NCBI GenBank assembly: GCA_963664705.1
Contig: OY761556.1
Coordinates: 1,696,001-1,760,000 of the forward strand
From: Acidobacteriota bacterium
Lineage (GTDB): Bacteria > Acidobacteriota > UBA6911
Direction of reading: 5' to 3'
Length of the DNA: 64,000 bases
Part shown: piece by piece, positions 9,817 to 19,114 of the stretch
How positions within the stretch are numbered: the stretch's first letter is position 1
Layout: each line of letters begins with the position of its first letter
Made by a program: the position numbers and the translations under genes
The notes under the pieces: generated by a model
What the model was told of the DNA's origin: nothing
What the model saw: the letters and a program-made list of their open reading frames with translations, nothing else
Database searches by the model: none

Positions 9817-11673
9817 ATGCCTGCGAAGGGAGGTTGTCTTTTGTTCAGCATAATCATGCCGGTCTGGAATCGATCAGAGATTGTGCCGAATGCTATCCGC
9901 AGCGTTATCGCTCAAACGTTTGACGATTACGAACTGATTATTGTGGATGACGGTTCGGAAGACAATCTGCTGGAAAGAGTAAGACCTTTTCTTTCGGAGA
10001 AGATTCGTTTTTTTGCCCAGTCTCACAATGGAGTCTCTGCCGCGCGGAATCTTGGTATTCAGCAATCAACCCATCCATGGATCGCCTATCTCGATTCGGA
10101 TAACATCTGGCGCCCGAATTTTTTGGAGCGGATGGCCGACACCATTGCCGAAGCAAACACGGCTGTTCATGCGGCTTATTGTCAATGTCGCGTTTTTAAC
10201 AAGAACAAGCCCAATGAAGCGGCTATCGGTGGCAAGCCATTCAACTATACCGAACTTCTGGAAGAGAGTTATATTGACCTCAATACATTCGTTCATACGC
10301 GGGAAATCCTTGATTTCTGCGGAGCGCATGACGAATCGTTGAAGCGATTGACCGATTGGGACCTTATCCTGAGAATTGCTGAGAAAGTGCCACTGATTTA
10401 TGTTCCGGAGGTGCTGGTCGATTATTACCTGTTTTTCTGCGACAATTCGATTTCAAAAAGGGAAAACTTCAAGCTTTTCAACAAAAAAGTGCTGGAGAGG
10501 CATTGGATGAAGAATCGAACGGTCCGATTTGTTCATGATACCGTCGAGTATACCTGGAGAAATGTTTCAGATGCAAAGCGGTTGAACTGGGTGCGGATGA
10601 ACCAGCGTGAGCTGAATACAAGGGATTTTACGGCCTGGGGATATCCTTATGTCCTGCAGGTGGAGCCCACAACAGCCTGTAACCTGGCGTGTCCTCTCTG
10701 CCCCTGCGGCACCGGAGAACTGAATCGACCGACGAGACATATGAAATTGGGAGAATTCAGGGCACTCATTGATGATATGGAGACCTACCTGCTTTTTCTA
10801 ATCCTATGGGATTGGGGCGAGCCGCTTACGAATCCGGATCTGCCTGCAATGATCCGATATGCATCCGAGCGGAACATCCAGACGGTAACCAGCACAAACG
10901 GGCATTTTTTCCAGGATGTTTCCTATATGGAGGAGCTTCTGACATCCGGTCTCTCGAACCTGATCGTTGCCATTGACTCGCTCTCTGCCGAGAGCTACCA
11001 GGTCTACCGGAAAAACGGTGAACTGGATGGCGTCATATCCGGTTTGGAAAGGCTTGTTGCAACGAAGCGCCGTCTGAAATCCAAGACGCAACTGAATATG
11101 CGCATGGTGGTAATGAAGCAGAATGAACAGGACGTGGAAAAGCTGCGGCGCTTTGCGCGGGATATCGGGATGGACTGTTTTACGCTGAAAACGTTGAATC
11201 CCATTTGTGGCACGGCGAGCATGGATGAAGAACTGGTTCCTCAAAGTGTCCGGTATCGCCGCTTTGAATATGAAAAAGGCACTATGAACCGGGTTCGTGA
11301 TGACAAGCCCTGTACCCGTGTCTGGCGCATGTCCAACATCTTCTCCAATGGCGACGTGGTTCCCTGCTGTTATGATTTTACAGCGGAGATGAAGGTGGGC
11401 AATATTTTTGAACGCCCATTCACGGAGATCTGGAACGGTGCAGGATATCGGGAACTGCGGAGGAAGATATACGAGGAGGCTGGGGATATCCGGCAGTGCC
11501 GGAATTGTGTTCAGAATTTCAAGGAATCCACAGGCATGTTTGTCGGGAAAACGCAGTTCAAAGCCAGAGTGTCGGATCAGCCCTTCGATACTTTGCGGGA
11601 TTTTGTCCTGACTCCGCCGGTCCGCCGAAAGCTGGTAAGGATACGAAAGATGCTGACGGGTTCAACAGGTTAG
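9817..11673 (+). CDS. glycosyltransferase family 2 fused to radical SAM/SPASM domain
   Basis: N-terminal SIIMPVWNR, VDDGS, ARNLG, YLDSD; C-terminal CNLACPLC, WGEP, SPASM C..GDVVPCC..GN..CRNC. Confidence 0.85.
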   Translation: MPAKGGCLLFSIIMPVWNRSEIVPNAIRSVIAQTFDDYELIIVDDGSEDNLLERVRPFLSEKIRFFAQSHNGVSAARNLGIQQSTHPWIAYLDSDNIWRPNFLERMADTIAEANTAVHAAYCQCRVFNKNKPNEAAIGGKPFNYTELLEESYIDLNTFVHTREILDFCGAHDESLKRLTDWDLILRIAEKVPLIYVPEVLVDYYLFFCDNSISKRENFKLFNKKVLERHWMKNRTVRFVHDTVEYTWRNVSDAKRLNWVRMNQRELNTRDFTAWGYPYVLQVEPTTACNLACPLCPCGTGELNRPTRHMKLGEFRALIDDMETYLLFLILWDWGEPLTNPDLPAMIRYASERNIQTVTSTNGHFFQDVSYMEELLTSGLSNLIVAIDSLSAESYQVYRKNGELDGVISGLERLVATKRRLKSKTQLNMRMVVMKQNEQDVEKLRRFARDIGMDCFTLKTLNPICGTASMDEELVPQSVRYRRFEYEKGTMNRVRDDKPCTRVWRMSNIFSNGDVVPCCYDFTAEMKVGNIFERPFTEIWNGAGYRELRRKIYEEAGDIRQCRNCVQNFKESTGMFVGKTQFKARVSDQPFDTLRDFVLTPPVRRKLVRIRKMLTGSTG

Positions 11674-11787
11674 AAAATGGGATTTGGGAATAGCCCACCT
11701 GATGTTGTCGAGAGCGGGGCCGCCTTTGATTTGCTGAGCGAGGGATGCTCTCTCTCAAATTGAGATATTTTTTGCTGGAGTTTTTGC

Positions 11788-12318
11788 ATGTATAGAAGCA
11801 GTGTTCTGCCATTTCGCGGAATTCATCCGCAGATTCACGAAACAGTATTTCTTGCCGATGGTTCCCGTGTGATTGGCGATGTTCAAATCGGTGCCGATTC
11901 GAGCGTATGGTTCAATGCGGTTGTGAGAGGCGATGTCTGTCCTATCCGAATCGGCACTCGAACTAATGTGCAGGATAATGTCACGCTGCACGTGACCCAC
12001 GATACCGGTCCGCTGAATATCGGCAGCAGCGTCACGATCGGTCATGGTGCCATGGTCCATGCCTGCACCGTGCAGGACAATGTATTGATTGGGATGGGCG
12101 CTATTCTCCTTGATCATTGCGTTGTCGAATCTTTCGCAGTCGTAGCCGCCGGATCTCTCGTGGCGCAGGGGTTTCGAGTGCCGTCCGGGATGCTCGTTGC
12201 AGGTGTTCCGGCGAGAGTGATCCGTCCGATCTCGGAAAAGGAACGTGCCACCATCATGGAATCACCGGGAAATTACCTTCGGTATGCCTCCTATTATCGG
12301 GAGGGCGGGCAGAGCTGA
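11788..12318 (+). CDS. gamma carbonic anhydrase family protein
   Basis: RGD, TNVQD, LH, IGHGAMVHAC and hexapeptide repeats. Confidence 0.9.
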   Translation: MYRSSVLPFRGIHPQIHETVFLADGSRVIGDVQIGADSSVWFNAVVRGDVCPIRIGTRTNVQDNVTLHVTHDTGPLNIGSSVTIGHGAMVHACTVQDNVLIGMGAILLDHCVVESFAVVAAGSLVAQGFRVPSGMLVAGVPARVIRPISEKERATIMESPGNYLRYASYYREGGQS

Positions 12319-12401
12319 GAAGAATGAAGTAGCGTTGTGCTGATCGGATATCACTCCAAACGGAATGCAAACCTTATAAGGAAGGGGCGGATCCATATCC
12401 A

Positions 12402-13706
12402 ATGAAACGAATAGTTTTGTTGCTGCCGATTGTCTTCGCAATTTTCGGCTTTTGTGTGGAAGAGAACCAGAGTGGCTGTATCAGCGACATTCGCGATGCT
12501 CGTGGAACAATGAAGCCATGGAAAAAAGGCGCGTGGGAATCCGGCAAGTACCGGAATGTTTTCCTGGAAGCAGGGTACAGCCGGGATGCAATCGATGCCA
12601 AGCTTAGGAAGGCATACTACGATGTGTTCGAAGGGCCGGAGCGGGTATATTTCGAGGTGGGCGATTCCATGGCGTATGTTTCAGATCTGAAAAACCATGA
12701 TGCCCGCACCGAAGGGCTCTCCTACGGCATGATGGTGGCGGTGCAGCTAAACAAAAAGGATGTTTTTGATCGGCTGTGGCGATGGACCAAAAAGTATATG
12801 CAGCATCAGAATGGCGCCCGCGAAGCCTATTTTGCCTGGAGCGTTAATCCCCAAACGGGAAAACATAATGCGGAAGGTTCGGCATCGGACGGTGAACTGT
12901 ATTTCATTACCGATCTGCTTTTTGCATCCAATCGATGGGGGAATGACACTGGAATCAACTATTATGCCGAGGCTCGTCGAATTTTGGATGCAATGTGGAG
13001 CAAGGACGGGACTGAGGGAATGACGAACCTGATCAACACTGAACACAAACTGATAACGTTTGTTCCGGATAAATCCGGATATGACTGGACGGATCCTTCT
13101 TATCATCTGCCGGCGTTTTTCGAGGTATGGGCGGACTATGCCCGGGACGGCAAGGAGCAATTCTACCGGGAATGCGCAGCCGCATCGCGTGCTTTTCTAC
13201 ACCGCGCCTGTGATCCAGTGACAGGATTGAATGCCGATGCCACGGAATTCGACGGGACTCCGCGAAAGCGGGGATGGTTTCCAAATGCCTTTCGGTTCGA
13301 TTCGTGGCGCGTGCCGATGAACATTGCCATGGATTATTCGTGGTTTGCCAAAGACAGGGATTGGCAGCAGGATTACGGGCGGCGTTTTCAGGGATTCCTG
13401 TTCTGCAAAGGCATCGATACATTTGATGATCAATATAATGTCGATGGCAGCGTGCCCGAGTCAGTGCTCCCGGCTGGTGGATACAAGAAACTCCGGCACT
13501 CATTGGGGTTGGTTGCTACTTCGGCGGCTGCTTCCATAATGGGTACCCAGGCAAAGAGCTGGAAATTTGTGGATGCGGTATGGAGCGCAAGACTCGAACC
13601 CTACGCGGACGGCTATTTTGATCCCTATTATGATGGATTTCTATATTTATTCAGCCTTATGCATCTTAGCGGCAATTACCGCATTATAAAGCCCGGAATG
13701 CAATAG
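12402..13706 (+). CDS. glycoside hydrolase family 8 xylanase / reducing-end exo-oligoxylanase
   Basis: RTEGLSYGMM, SASDGE, TDPSYHLPAF, FDSWRVPMN motifs; N-terminal signal peptide. Confidence 0.9.
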   Translation: MKRIVLLLPIVFAIFGFCVEENQSGCISDIRDARGTMKPWKKGAWESGKYRNVFLEAGYSRDAIDAKLRKAYYDVFEGPERVYFEVGDSMAYVSDLKNHDARTEGLSYGMMVAVQLNKKDVFDRLWRWTKKYMQHQNGAREAYFAWSVNPQTGKHNAEGSASDGELYFITDLLFASNRWGNDTGINYYAEARRILDAMWSKDGTEGMTNLINTEHKLITFVPDKSGYDWTDPSYHLPAFFEVWADYARDGKEQFYRECAAASRAFLHRACDPVTGLNADATEFDGTPRKRGWFPNAFRFDSWRVPMNIAMDYSWFAKDRDWQQDYGRRFQGFLFCKGIDTFDDQYNVDGSVPESVLPAGGYKKLRHSLGLVATSAAASIMGTQAKSWKFVDAVWSARLEPYADGYFDPYYDGFLYLFSLMHLSGNYRIIKPGMQ

Positions 13707-13801
13707 TGTAGGCAAACAAACCATCGCCAGATGCGCGTCAGTTCAGGGCTATAAAAATCCGCTTTTGCGCGCCTCGCCGTCCTGCCTAATAATGCATGCT
13801 C

Positions 13802-13894
13802 TTTGTCGAGGGCGAAGACCTTCGGAGATCGGTGGCTTGCCAGCGCCTTCGGCTTTGATGGTTTTTAAACGTGGCCGCTTGCTACCGCACTCAA
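13802..13894. repeat. degenerate REP/REPIN-like palindromic element, family A copy 2
   Basis: TTTGTCGAGGGCGAAGACCTTCGGAGATCGGTGGCTTGCCAGCG...GGTTTTTAAACGTGGCCGCTTGCTACCGCACTC; homologous to 4518-4610. Confidence 0.7.
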
Positions 13895-14098
13895 CGATCC
13901 CCATTCGGGCAATGCTTCCTGCAAATAGTATGGGCAATCGGCGAGACGTCGGCGCTCTCAGCGGGCTCGTGCTTCATTCACCTCTGCCAAAATTATTTGA
14001 TAACTGAATTAATCCACAATGCTACTTGTGGCCGATAAGGCTAGTAATTGGATCTTGCATAATAATGCAGCGAAAAATGGATGCAGGGAGGAGAAAAC

Positions 14099-14299
14099 AT
14101 GGGACAGCTTTACGACGCAAAGCTGAAGATCGAGTCCGCCATCAAGGGCAAAAATCTTGATGTCACCAAGACTCTGGGCTCGATCGGGCTGAAGGCAGGA
14201 ATGGTGCTGGCTTTTATCACGGCAACGTCACCGGACGATGCACAAAAAACCGCTAAACTCAAAATGGCCGCCAAAGAAGTTCTTGGCGTGGACCTGTAG
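14099..14299 (+). CDS. small (66 aa) basic hypothetical protein
   Basis: strong GGAGGAG RBS, ATG 14099, protein-like composition, 9 nt before the next gene. Confidence 0.8.
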   Translation: MGQLYDAKLKIESAIKGKNLDVTKTLGSIGLKAGMVLAFITATSPDDAQKTAKLKMAAKEVLGVDL

Positions 14300-14308
14300 G
14301 GAGGAGCT

Positions 14309-15481
14309 ATGTCGATCAAGTCAAAAGTGATTGTGGTTATTTCGCTATGCCTCCTGGCAGGCGCAATTGTTCTGGTGATGTTCATCGACAGGTCCTACCG
14401 GGAAAATGTCGACTTGATATCGCAGCAGTCGCTATCGTCCGCTCAGAAGAGCTTCGAAAGCGTAAAAGAGAACGACGCCAAGATGCTTAAGGCCGTCGTA
14501 ACGACAGTATCGGATAACAATGAGATCCGAAGTATTTACATGGCAGGACAAAGAGAGAAGATGATTGAAAGGTTGAACCCCCTTTACAAAGAGCTTCGGG
14601 CCTCCTGCAACATCACCCAGTGGCTGGTAGAGGAACCCGAGCCTTCAAAAAAGGTTTTCCTGAGAATGCAAATGCCGGAACAATTCGGTGATGTTCGAAA
14701 GGTTGGGATATATGAGAAGGCACTAAAGGCCAAAAAGGCTGTGACCGGATTTGACCTGGCAAAATATGGTTTTGCACTGCGGGTTGTTGCGCCCTATTAC
14801 GATAATAAAAATACTATTATCGGCTACATGGAACTGGGGGAGCGGGTCAATCGATTCATGGGTGTTTTGAAAGCTCAAACCGGCGATAACTATGCTCTCG
14901 TGGTAAAGAAGCAATATATGGATAAGGAAACATATATTGCCGGTCAGAAGAATGCCGGTGAAATAAACCACTGGGATGATCAGAAGGATACGTTGGTTCT
15001 CGACAAAACAAGTGAAGACCCCATTCTGCTTCAGTATGACGGGGACATTACGAAGATACCGGAGTCGGGTCTGATTCTGGGGCAGGTTGTTCGGGAAGGC
15101 AATGCCTATGTGCGTGGCGTATTCCCTCTGAAGGATGCGGTGGATCGAGTCATCGGCGCTGTTTTTGTACTCAGAGACATTACGCAGATTTACAATGGCA
15201 TGAGAACTGTCAAAACATCGTCCATCATTGCCATTGTGGTGCTGGTTCTGCTGCTGTCCTTCGTGATGATTCTGTCACTCAACAAACTGGTTTTTTCGCG
15301 GCTGGCCAAGACCATGGATGTGGCAACCAGTGTGGTCGGAGGCGATTTTGATCAGCAGATTGTGCCGGCATCCAACGACGAAGTGGGGAAACTGGAAGAA
15401 CTGCTGGAGCAGTTCCGCACGGTGTTTGTCAACACCATCAAGGACATGCAGGCTGAGAATCAGAGGATTGCCAAAGGCTGA
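14309..15481 (+). CDS. membrane sensor: TM-dCache-TM-HAMP with no output domain
   Basis: two TM segments flanking a Cache-type region (VFLRMQ..P..FGD, ALRVVAP, IGYMELG), HAMP (GDFDQ..NDEVGKL), then stop. Confidence 0.8.
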   Translation: MSIKSKVIVVISLCLLAGAIVLVMFIDRSYRENVDLISQQSLSSAQKSFESVKENDAKMLKAVVTTVSDNNEIRSIYMAGQREKMIERLNPLYKELRASCNITQWLVEEPEPSKKVFLRMQMPEQFGDVRKVGIYEKALKAKKAVTGFDLAKYGFALRVVAPYYDNKNTIIGYMELGERVNRFMGVLKAQTGDNYALVVKKQYMDKETYIAGQKNAGEINHWDDQKDTLVLDKTSEDPILLQYDGDITKIPESGLILGQVVREGNAYVRGVFPLKDAVDRVIGAVFVLRDITQIYNGMRTVKTSSIIAIVVLVLLLSFVMILSLNKLVFSRLAKTMDVATSVVGGDFDQQIVPASNDEVGKLEELLEQFRTVFVNTIKDMQAENQRIAKG

Positions 15482-15502
15482 GTTTGAGGTTTGTATGTGA
15501 AC

Positions 15503-15545
15503 AAGGAGGTCCAGCCCTGTGCCGCAGGGCTTGACCTCCTTTTCT
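15503..15545. terminator. intrinsic terminator between convergent genes
   Basis: AAGGAGGTCCAGCCCTG-loop-CAGGGCTTGACCTCCTT followed by T-run. Confidence 0.8.
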
Positions 15546-15550
15546 TATTG

Positions 15551-18481
15551 CTACTTTATGATGGAGAAAGGGGCATTACTAGCATCAGAGTACAGGCTGC
15601 TGGATGTGCTTGTGATGCGTACGGTGTAGTCATTTCCCGGAATATCCACTGCAGAGGGCTTCCACGAATAGGAGCCGGAGCCTGAGCGGCCAGTGGAAGT
15701 TTTGGATGCAATGGTTCTCACGACTATTCCCGCCTTGAGCAATTCTATCTTCACATACGCTCCCGGATTGCCGGTGAAGCTCCAGCTAATCGTCGCAGCT
15801 GTCCTTTGTTTCAACACTTCTCCTCCATTGGGCTTAACGACCGTGATATTGGCCGAGCTGAAAGCAATCATTGCATTTCTGGATGCGGTCATGGAATTCA
15901 CGGTGCAGGTAGCCTTGGCAGTTGTGCCCCCCGTAGCATCACATCCGGATGACCAGGAAGCGATTACGCCGGCAGTAGCTGTGGCGGTGAGTATGGTGGC
16001 CGTGCCATAAGGATAGGATGTGGACGCGACACTCACGGCAGGAAAAGAGAAATTGATTTTGCCGTCGGCGGATGAAATAGCCCCCGAGCCATTTCCCGAA
16101 GCCGTTACGGTCAGCGTGGTTTGACTGAGATTGAAGGAGGCGATGGCCTGCTTATCTGCATCCATGGTGATGGTACAGGTTTGCCCGGTCACGGAAGAGC
16201 ATCCAGTCCAGCCGCCAAATATCGACCCCGTCGCGGCGGTAGCTGTGATCACAGCCATGGTGCCTTGCTGCATAAGCCCGCTGCAGGATGTTACGTTGCA
16301 GACTACGCCTGGAGTTGTACTGGTCAGGGTACCGCTGCCTGGCCCACTTGTAATGGCGCTCAGTGAACGGGCATTTGTCTGCCCCTGGGGTATTACAAAG
16401 AGCGAAATGGAATTTGCCGCGAAAGTTGCAGTGAAGCCGCCTGCCGAGACAATTTGATCATCAAGCGGTTCAATCGCACCCGTCAATGCCGGACTATAGC
16501 GGAAAACCCGGGCGGGTCCGGATGGCGTGACGCCCGAGAGACTGACCGCGCTTGTAAGCGCACCGGAAGTTTTGTTGATGACAATGACAGTGAGGGCACC
16601 ATCGCTGGTCCGTTCCGCCGCATAGGTGGACAGGAGGCTTTGGTCGGCGCTGGCAGCCTGGACTGAAATATCGCCGAAGGTATTTCTTAAACCATCATAA
16701 TTACGATACATCCGGAACGCAAACGCGCCGGGCTGTCCGGAATCAGGCGGCCCCCAAAGAGTCGCCAGATCAAGTCCTTCTCGACCGAAGATGCCAAGGA
16801 TATCTGCCTGGGCGATGGCTCCATTGATATGATCGAGCGCGCCCCAGTTATATTCAGTAATCGCCAGTTTGGTGCCGGGATAATTTTGGTTGACCCATGT
16901 TTTCATGCGCGGAATTAATTGCACGGCAACGCCGCCCTGCTGCGTGTCTGATATCCAACTCTCATCCATATAGGACGGATCCCAGAGGGATCGAATGGAG
17001 CGGAGTCGGAGCGCCTGTGTTGTCGAATTTCCGGCAGAGGACAGAGCCACACCGCTGGCCTGGGGATAGTGGTGAAGATCCAGATAATCCAGGATGCGAG
17101 TGCCATGCTGTGTTTCATAAGCCTTCATCTGCTGCAGGTACCAGGGAACAAAGGGCGTGCTTCCGTGACTTGTATAATCCGTGCCGACTCCGCATCCATC
17201 CTTGGCTGAATAAAAGTAGGCACACCAGCCCCATAGAACCGGACCGAGGGTCTTCGCCGAGGAATCGGCGGATTTGATGGCTGCGGCATAGCTGAATGTA
17301 CGCGTCTGCATTTCATCATAGGTAGTCGGCTGTGGATGTACATCCCGATGCGTGCTGTTCCAGAGCATTGGCTCATTATCAAGATTATAGTAGGCAACGC
17401 CTCCTGCGGAGGCTTTTCCGTATCTCCCGACCAGGTGATTAACCCATGCTGTCGCAAAATCGGCTGTAATTGCAGTGCTGGTATCCGTTGCGGCATTGCC
17501 CGTGATATCGCTGCCGCTGGATCGCACGCCATTCCCGCAGTCGGGATCCCAGGAGTCTGTGGATTGCTGTGACCCATAGAGCGAGACCTTAAAGCCGCAA
17601 TCGTAGGGATGGTTTTCCAGTCTCCTTTTGGGTGTCCATCCGATGAGAGGTATGGTCATGATGGTCTTTGTAGCGGTTCTTCGGTCCTGTTCAACAAACC
17701 GATCTGCGGAGGAACCGTTCGGCAGGGAAGTCACGCCGGAATTCTGGGCCGGGATATTTTCGAAGTACCAGTCGCTCCCAACATTATATACATCGATTTG
17801 CCAGTTATAGCGTGTCGTCGAATTGCCCCCCCACCGGCGAACCGGCAATTGCAGGTCCGAGGCAAGATCTTCGTCCGCGTAATTCATCCCATAGATATCG
17901 TCACTGATCGTATGCCGCTGATTTCCTGCATTGATCGTTAATGTCGGCCCGGAACTGGGCGGAGGCTGTGGGCCTGTCGCCGCGACGAGGCCTATATCAT
18001 CAAGGTAGAAGGCGGGTTGCGCTGCGCCTGTGGTGTCTTGCCAGTAGATATCGCTCAATGATGAGGGGCTTCCCAATTCAACCAGCGGAATATCGATCTT
18101 TACCCATGTGTTCGCTTGAGCCCGGAATGAATACGAACTACTGTCATTGCCGTCAATCACCAGCCGCATATACTGATTGCCGCTCCCGCCGTGAATCCAG
18201 AAAGAGATGCGCTCATATGCGGAAAGATTTATGGCATTGGAAGCATGAAGATACAGTCCGGCCCAGGCTGCGGTGAAAGTCACCCCCATGGAAAGGCTGC
18301 CCGAATGTGCAGGGGATGCAACTGAAGGGTTCACCGTCGTATTCCAGGACCAGTTTTGCCAGTCGGGACCGATGTTATCGGTATATATGGGCATGTCCGA
18401 TGCCGCATATATGGTCCCTTGTATTAGCAACAGCAATATCATTGTAATAAGCATCCTGATCCTGACACTGTGCAGTTTCAT
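15551..18481 (-). CDS. secreted multidomain GH44 endoglucanase/xyloglucanase
   Basis: signal peptide, CBM-like N-terminus, RWGGNSTTRYNW, LDNEP, ITEYNWG catalytic motifs, C-terminal Cys-containing repeats and PNGGE Ig-like domain. Confidence 0.9.
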   Translation of the reverse strand: MKLHSVRIRMLITMILLLLIQGTIYAASDMPIYTDNIGPDWQNWSWNTTVNPSVASPAHSGSLSMGVTFTAAWAGLYLHASNAINLSAYERISFWIHGGSGNQYMRLVIDGNDSSSYSFRAQANTWVKIDIPLVELGSPSSLSDIYWQDTTGAAQPAFYLDDIGLVAATGPQPPPSSGPTLTINAGNQRHTISDDIYGMNYADEDLASDLQLPVRRWGGNSTTRYNWQIDVYNVGSDWYFENIPAQNSGVTSLPNGSSADRFVEQDRRTATKTIMTIPLIGWTPKRRLENHPYDCGFKVSLYGSQQSTDSWDPDCGNGVRSSGSDITGNAATDTSTAITADFATAWVNHLVGRYGKASAGGVAYYNLDNEPMLWNSTHRDVHPQPTTYDEMQTRTFSYAAAIKSADSSAKTLGPVLWGWCAYFYSAKDGCGVGTDYTSHGSTPFVPWYLQQMKAYETQHGTRILDYLDLHHYPQASGVALSSAGNSTTQALRLRSIRSLWDPSYMDESWISDTQQGGVAVQLIPRMKTWVNQNYPGTKLAITEYNWGALDHINGAIAQADILGIFGREGLDLATLWGPPDSGQPGAFAFRMYRNYDGLRNTFGDISVQAASADQSLLSTYAAERTSDGALTVIVINKTSGALTSAVSLSGVTPSGPARVFRYSPALTGAIEPLDDQIVSAGGFTATFAANSISLFVIPQGQTNARSLSAITSGPGSGTLTSTTPGVVCNVTSCSGLMQQGTMAVITATAATGSIFGGWTGCSSVTGQTCTITMDADKQAIASFNLSQTTLTVTASGNGSGAISSADGKINFSFPAVSVASTSYPYGTATILTATATAGVIASWSSGCDATGGTTAKATCTVNSMTASRNAMIAFSSANITVVKPNGGEVLKQRTAATISWSFTGNPGAYVKIELLKAGIVVRTIASKTSTGRSGSGSYSWKPSAVDIPGNDYTVRITSTSSSLYSDASNAPFSIIK

Positions 18482-19114
18482 ATGGACCCCCCTGGTTGCT
18501 GTGATGTGTGCGCCATGGAAACAATAATCCTACATTCTTAGTGGATGTCGATATGACGACCGTCACATTTTCGTCCATTCGGACCGGCGTATTCGTGCAA
18601 GAACCATCCTGGTTATCAAATTTCTTTGTCTTCAACTGAGAGTGTTGTAATGCGATGGCGATGATGGACGATGAGAATGCTGTATAAACTCCTAAAAATG
18701 TAGTGGGAGTGGGGACCTGCCGGTATCGTGGTTGCGCAATCGGCGTAACAGAAACGCGATACGGAGGGACAGGGGAAGCGTATTCGCCCAAAACGAGGAT
18801 AAAATACGTGCTGCAGCATCCAAGCGCATATTTCAAAGCTAAGGCATTCCACCAACTGAACATCCCCGTTAAAGGCTCAGAATCATGAGGATATTCGCAG
18901 CGGGAGTATCCCTGATTATCGTGTTTGTTTACTGAGTAAATGCCTGGGGGCAGCGATGCTGGATTCAGTTATCCAGCCGTTTGCACCCTGTCAGCAAAGC
19001 TCCACGCAATGATAAATGATCGGTGAGAATTTGGGCCGTTCGAAGTTTCCTGTGATGCGGGATGTCATGGTCTAGGCTATCGGCGTGCGAAGGCTTTGGT
19101 GGTGAGACAGTTAA

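Noticed and set aside
18375-18888. ORFs or a riboswitch in the GH44/HDOD intergenic region
   Set aside because: No RBS or motif support, and no recognisable riboswitch consensus
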